64,000 nt of DNA from Azolla caroliniana (Eukaryota > Plantae > Polypodiophyta), in contig JBHGNT010000011.1 of the NCBI GenBank assembly GCA_043228905.1, positions 1,984,001 to 2,048,000 of the forward strand. The letters run 5' to 3'. The notes beneath the pieces are model-generated. The model saw nothing but the letters and a program-made list of their open reading frames with translations, did not search any database and was not told the DNA's origin. Made by a program: the position numbers and the translations under genes. This document shows positions 60,458-64,000 of the stretch, one piece after another. How positions within the stretch are numbered: position 1 is the stretch's first letter; each line of letters starts with the position of its first letter.

Positions 60458-62141
60458 TGTTGGCCTATGAGAGTATGATCCAGAGGCATGGGAGTGGACT
60501 GGGAAGAGTTAAGGCCCGATAAATAATAATATATTATAGATAAATACTATTAAGGAAATGGCGGATCTAGATAGTTGTACCGATCTGGATCCACACCGTT
60601 TTGTAACTAGTGGCCGGATAAGCACCGTTTTGCACCGTTTTGTACCGTTTTACCGGATGCCTATATAAAGGATCCGGAACAATGTATCTTTACAGAAGTA
60701 ATGCAAGATAAAGTATTGATTGTCTATTCTATGGTCTATTGTGTGATTCATCTTGTGTACTTGTTGTTTGTGCAATAATTCATTATTTTACACGTGTAAT
60801 TGTGTTGGGAAACAGGTCCCTCTGGATGGAATCTGGACGAGCTGGATCGGATGAGGCAAAGGAAGGAACCGGATCGGATGGATTCGGAAGGAGTCCGCTC
60901 GGATCCGGTATGAACCAGCAGATAGGAACATATTAGTAAATATGTTCAGACGTGACCGTTGAGGTCATATTTGTAAATAGCCTATAAGTTATATGAGTAT
61001 AAATATAACTAGGGAAAACAGTGTTTTGATGAAGATGTTGTTAGTGTTTTGTTGTATAGAGAAAGAGCGGGAGAGAGAAACAGAAAGTATTTTATGTTGT
61101 AACCGCCGGTTGGCGAAGACATAGACCTCGAGGTTGTTGCCTCTAAGTCTCGCATTGTGTCCTTCCTCTCATATTGATAGTTGGAGTTTGTGGGCTACTA
61201 TAGTTTTTCCTGATTAGGGTTTTCCACGTAAACATTCAGTGTCGTCTCTCTTGTCTGCGGAAGTGCATTGCTATTTTCTGTTTATTTCTTCCATTGTGAG
61301 TTTGAGACTTGGTTGTGGCCGAGCTCTATTCCGCACAATATGGTATCATAGCATGGAAGATCCAATCGGTGGCATGTTCAAGCTCACAGACTCCAACTAC
61401 CCAGTGTGGAAGTCGAAGATGAGGGACATATTAGTAGTCAAAGATCTCTGGCTACCGGTACAGTTCGGAAACTAAAGATTAGATAAAATCGATGCCGCAA
61501 ACTGGGAGGTGATGCATATGAAAACGATGGCATACATTCGATGCTTCATCGACATGAGCCTGTGCAACAACTTTAATGAAGAGAGTAAGGCTCATGTGCT
61601 TTGGGAGACAATCAGTACCATGCTGGAGATAAAAAACGTTGTGAATCGGGTCTCAGTATTCGGGAAGTTAGTGGGACTTCGAGACCAAGAGGACTCCAAC
61701 ATGGCGGAGCACATGAATGCCTTCTAGGGACTCATAAACCAGACAATCTCGTTGGAAGAACCTCTAATCGACTCATAAACCAGACAATCTCGGTTCCCTC
61801 TGAATAGTTGGAGACGTCGGTTGTCCCTTTGGGCAACGTCGGGCCGGAAGCGAAACACCTATCCCTAGTGAGAGTGAAGTCGAGTTTGTTGGACGAAGAA
61901 CCTTGTCGGAAGGATTGGGAGTCCGGAACTGATCCAAAGGCCTTGGTTACGGAAGACGACCATAACCGGGGAAGAGCCTGGAATCGGAGTCCCCAAAACC
62001 GGGACAAATCAGGGACGAGGTCGAAGTCAAGGGGGAGGCCCACTTGTTTTTATTGCGGAAAGCCGGGGCACTTCCAGAAGAATTGCCGATACTTCTGGAA
62101 GGAGAAAGGAACCGACAATGCCGATTCAAAGAAGGGTCCGG
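60458..62141 (+). mobile_element. copia family-B element, 5' part (LTR, PBS, gag)
   Basis: LTR 60458-61337 (TGTTGG...GCACA) shares blocks with the reverse complement of the B LTR; PBS tggtatcatagc 61341-61352; gag MEDPIGGMFKLTDSNYPVWKSKMRD; CFYCGKPGHFQKNC. Confidence 0.9.
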
Positions 62142-63145
62142 TGTTATATACACATAACGTTGGTGAGGGCAGGTCACTAATATTTACATTAGTGAAGGGT
62201 ATGTTCACTAATGTTAAAAAAGGGGCTAATGTGATTGGATAGAAGGAATGATAGGTGCATGCACTATCATGATTTGGGCAACCAATGAACGGAGACCCTT
62301 TTAGAAAGGCACATCTATTCAAGGGGCCTAGGAAAAGGTATAAATATGAGGCTTAGCTACCCTCATAAGGACATTATATATTTTCTATCCAATGTATTTT
62401 CCTTCTTTCACTTTACTTTGGTCTATTGATTATTAATAGACTCTTAACAGTGGTATCAGAGCATTTACTAACAAATTTTTTTGTTGTTTTGATGTTTTTT
62501 GCGTGTGAGTGATGGGGATCTAACAAGGCTCATTATGCTCTTCACAAAATCAAAACAACATTCTTAACCCGGTATTCTTCTTTCTCGATCTCTCTTTTCT
62601 TTTCTATGATGCTTTCTTCTTGGTCATATGGAAGTGGTATTACGTTTTCTTTTCTTTTCTTTCTTCTTTCTACCATGATACAATATTAATTTACTTATGC
62701 ATCGGGTTGAGCGTGTTTGCACTAATCGCACACGCTCAACTCATGGCCCTTTTGCATATTGAGATGTATCTCCCACGCTCCCCTCTCTTGAGCCATCTCT
62801 TACAATAATAATTATTCTTGTGCATTGGGTCGAGCGTGTTTGCCCTAATCGCACACGCTCACCTAATGGCCCTTTTGCATATGATGTTGAGTATGACACT
62901 CTTCCCTTTATTGAGCCATCACTTGGCCGATTCTATGGGATGTTGTGGTCTTGACGAGGTGTATGTCACCTACCTATGCCAATCTACTCTCTATTGAGCC
63001 ATCACTTGGCCGATTCTATGGGATGTTGTGGCCTTAACGAGGTATATGTCGCTTACCTATGTCACTTTACTCTTTATTGAGCCATCACTTGGCCGATTCT
63101 AGGGAGATGTGGCAGTCTTGAGGAGGTGCATGTCAACTACCTTAG
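62142..63145 (+). mobile_element. LTR element (308-bp LTR, iMet PBS, non-coding repeat-rich leader) inserted in the family-B gag
   Basis: LTR TGTTA...TAACA 62142-62449 with TATAAATA ~62339; PBS tggtatcagagc 62451-62462; right end not determined. Confidence 0.75.
62908..63145. repeat. ~84-bp tandem repeat, 3 units
   Basis: tattgagccatcacttggccgattcta recurs at ~62910, ~62993 and ~63075. Confidence 0.85.
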
Positions 63146-64000
63146 GGTTTCATACCTTAAGGCATACTTAATGTTCATACACCTAATTGATTATTATTCT
63201 AATTATTTTCTAATTATACAAATTATCTTTTTACTTTTTGATGATTTTCTCATAATTGTCATTAAATACCCACCAACAATTAACTCTCTTTCTTGCCCTT
63301 ATTTTAAGTTCATCTACACTATTTACGTACGTTTAATGGTGTAACGATTCGTGTAGACTAATTTTTAATATTGAGTGGGCATCATGCCGCTTTTTGAACA
63401 TTTTTTCCAAAGTGTTCTCTAGGTTTGACTCATGTAATCAAGCCTTAGAACTCGATTAAAAAACACATGAGTTTCCCTATTGATGTTTTACTCATAAATT
63501 TGAGTACCACATCTTTGCACACACCACCACCACCATTTGTATCAATTTGTGGCTTATGTCACAATTGTACAAATTACAACCACCATATTGGGATGTATAT
63601 GTGCATACCTCACACCATCCATTTATTTGTGACATTTTTTTTAGTAGGTAGCACATGGGTTTTTTGACCCTTGCTTTCATCACTGCTTGATTCTTATGGG
63701 TAGTGTGTTATTTTATCATTTTTATCATAACATTTGCTTGTTACTCGCAAGACTAGAATATTACTTGTGAGTGCACTTGTTTTTTCACGTAATACACTTT
63801 CTCGACCATATCAATACATGTTGGGTTGACATTCTAAAATAAGGCTAACGAGGAAACTACATTGATGTTAGAACCATGGTTGAGCCTCGGGGAGCCACCA
63901 TGATTATTCAAGATAGAGATCCGAGAAAGACATCTTATCTATGTTTTCCCCCATGTTTTTTAAAACACCATAGTGTTACCATAGTTATCGGATCTTGAGT

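Noticed and set aside
62908-63145. Repeat-spacer-like array resembling CRISPR
   Set aside because: The intervening sequences are homologous to each other, so it is a plain tandem repeat; eukaryotic context and no cas genes

Overview
Eukaryotic land-plant genomic DNA (TTTAGGG repeats, GT-AG introns, tRNA-iMet PBSs); the transposon content suggests a fern or other non-flowering plant, but that is inference. Bases 1-30.3 kb are nested LTR retrotransposons: an apparently intact Ty1/copia gag-pol running off the left edge, degraded copia and gypsy fragments, a near-complete gypsy element (10.2-18.1 kb) and three copia elements nested in one another (18.1-30.3 kb). One host gene lies on the minus strand: a 10-exon COP1-interacting-protein-related (CIP7-like) gene at 35168-44095, about 1378 aa. 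The right part holds tRNA-like cassettes, a hAT MITE, L1 LINE relics and two more LTR elements. The most striking find is a decayed gene at about 57.7-60.5 kb (minus), apparently with introns. It encodes a basic NLS-like patch, a ParB/Sulfiredoxin-like domain and a complete beta-class N6-adenine/N4-cytosine DNA methyltransferase domain, a prokaryote/phage-type architecture sitting in plant DNA. Other notable items are tRNA-like Pol III cassettes at a shared position in gypsy LTRs, a gypsy element with a hairpin in place of a tRNA PBS, a copia pol with a long C-terminal extension between duplicated PPTs, and telomeric-repeat filler at a deletion. All calls come from reading and translating by eye; no database searches were run.
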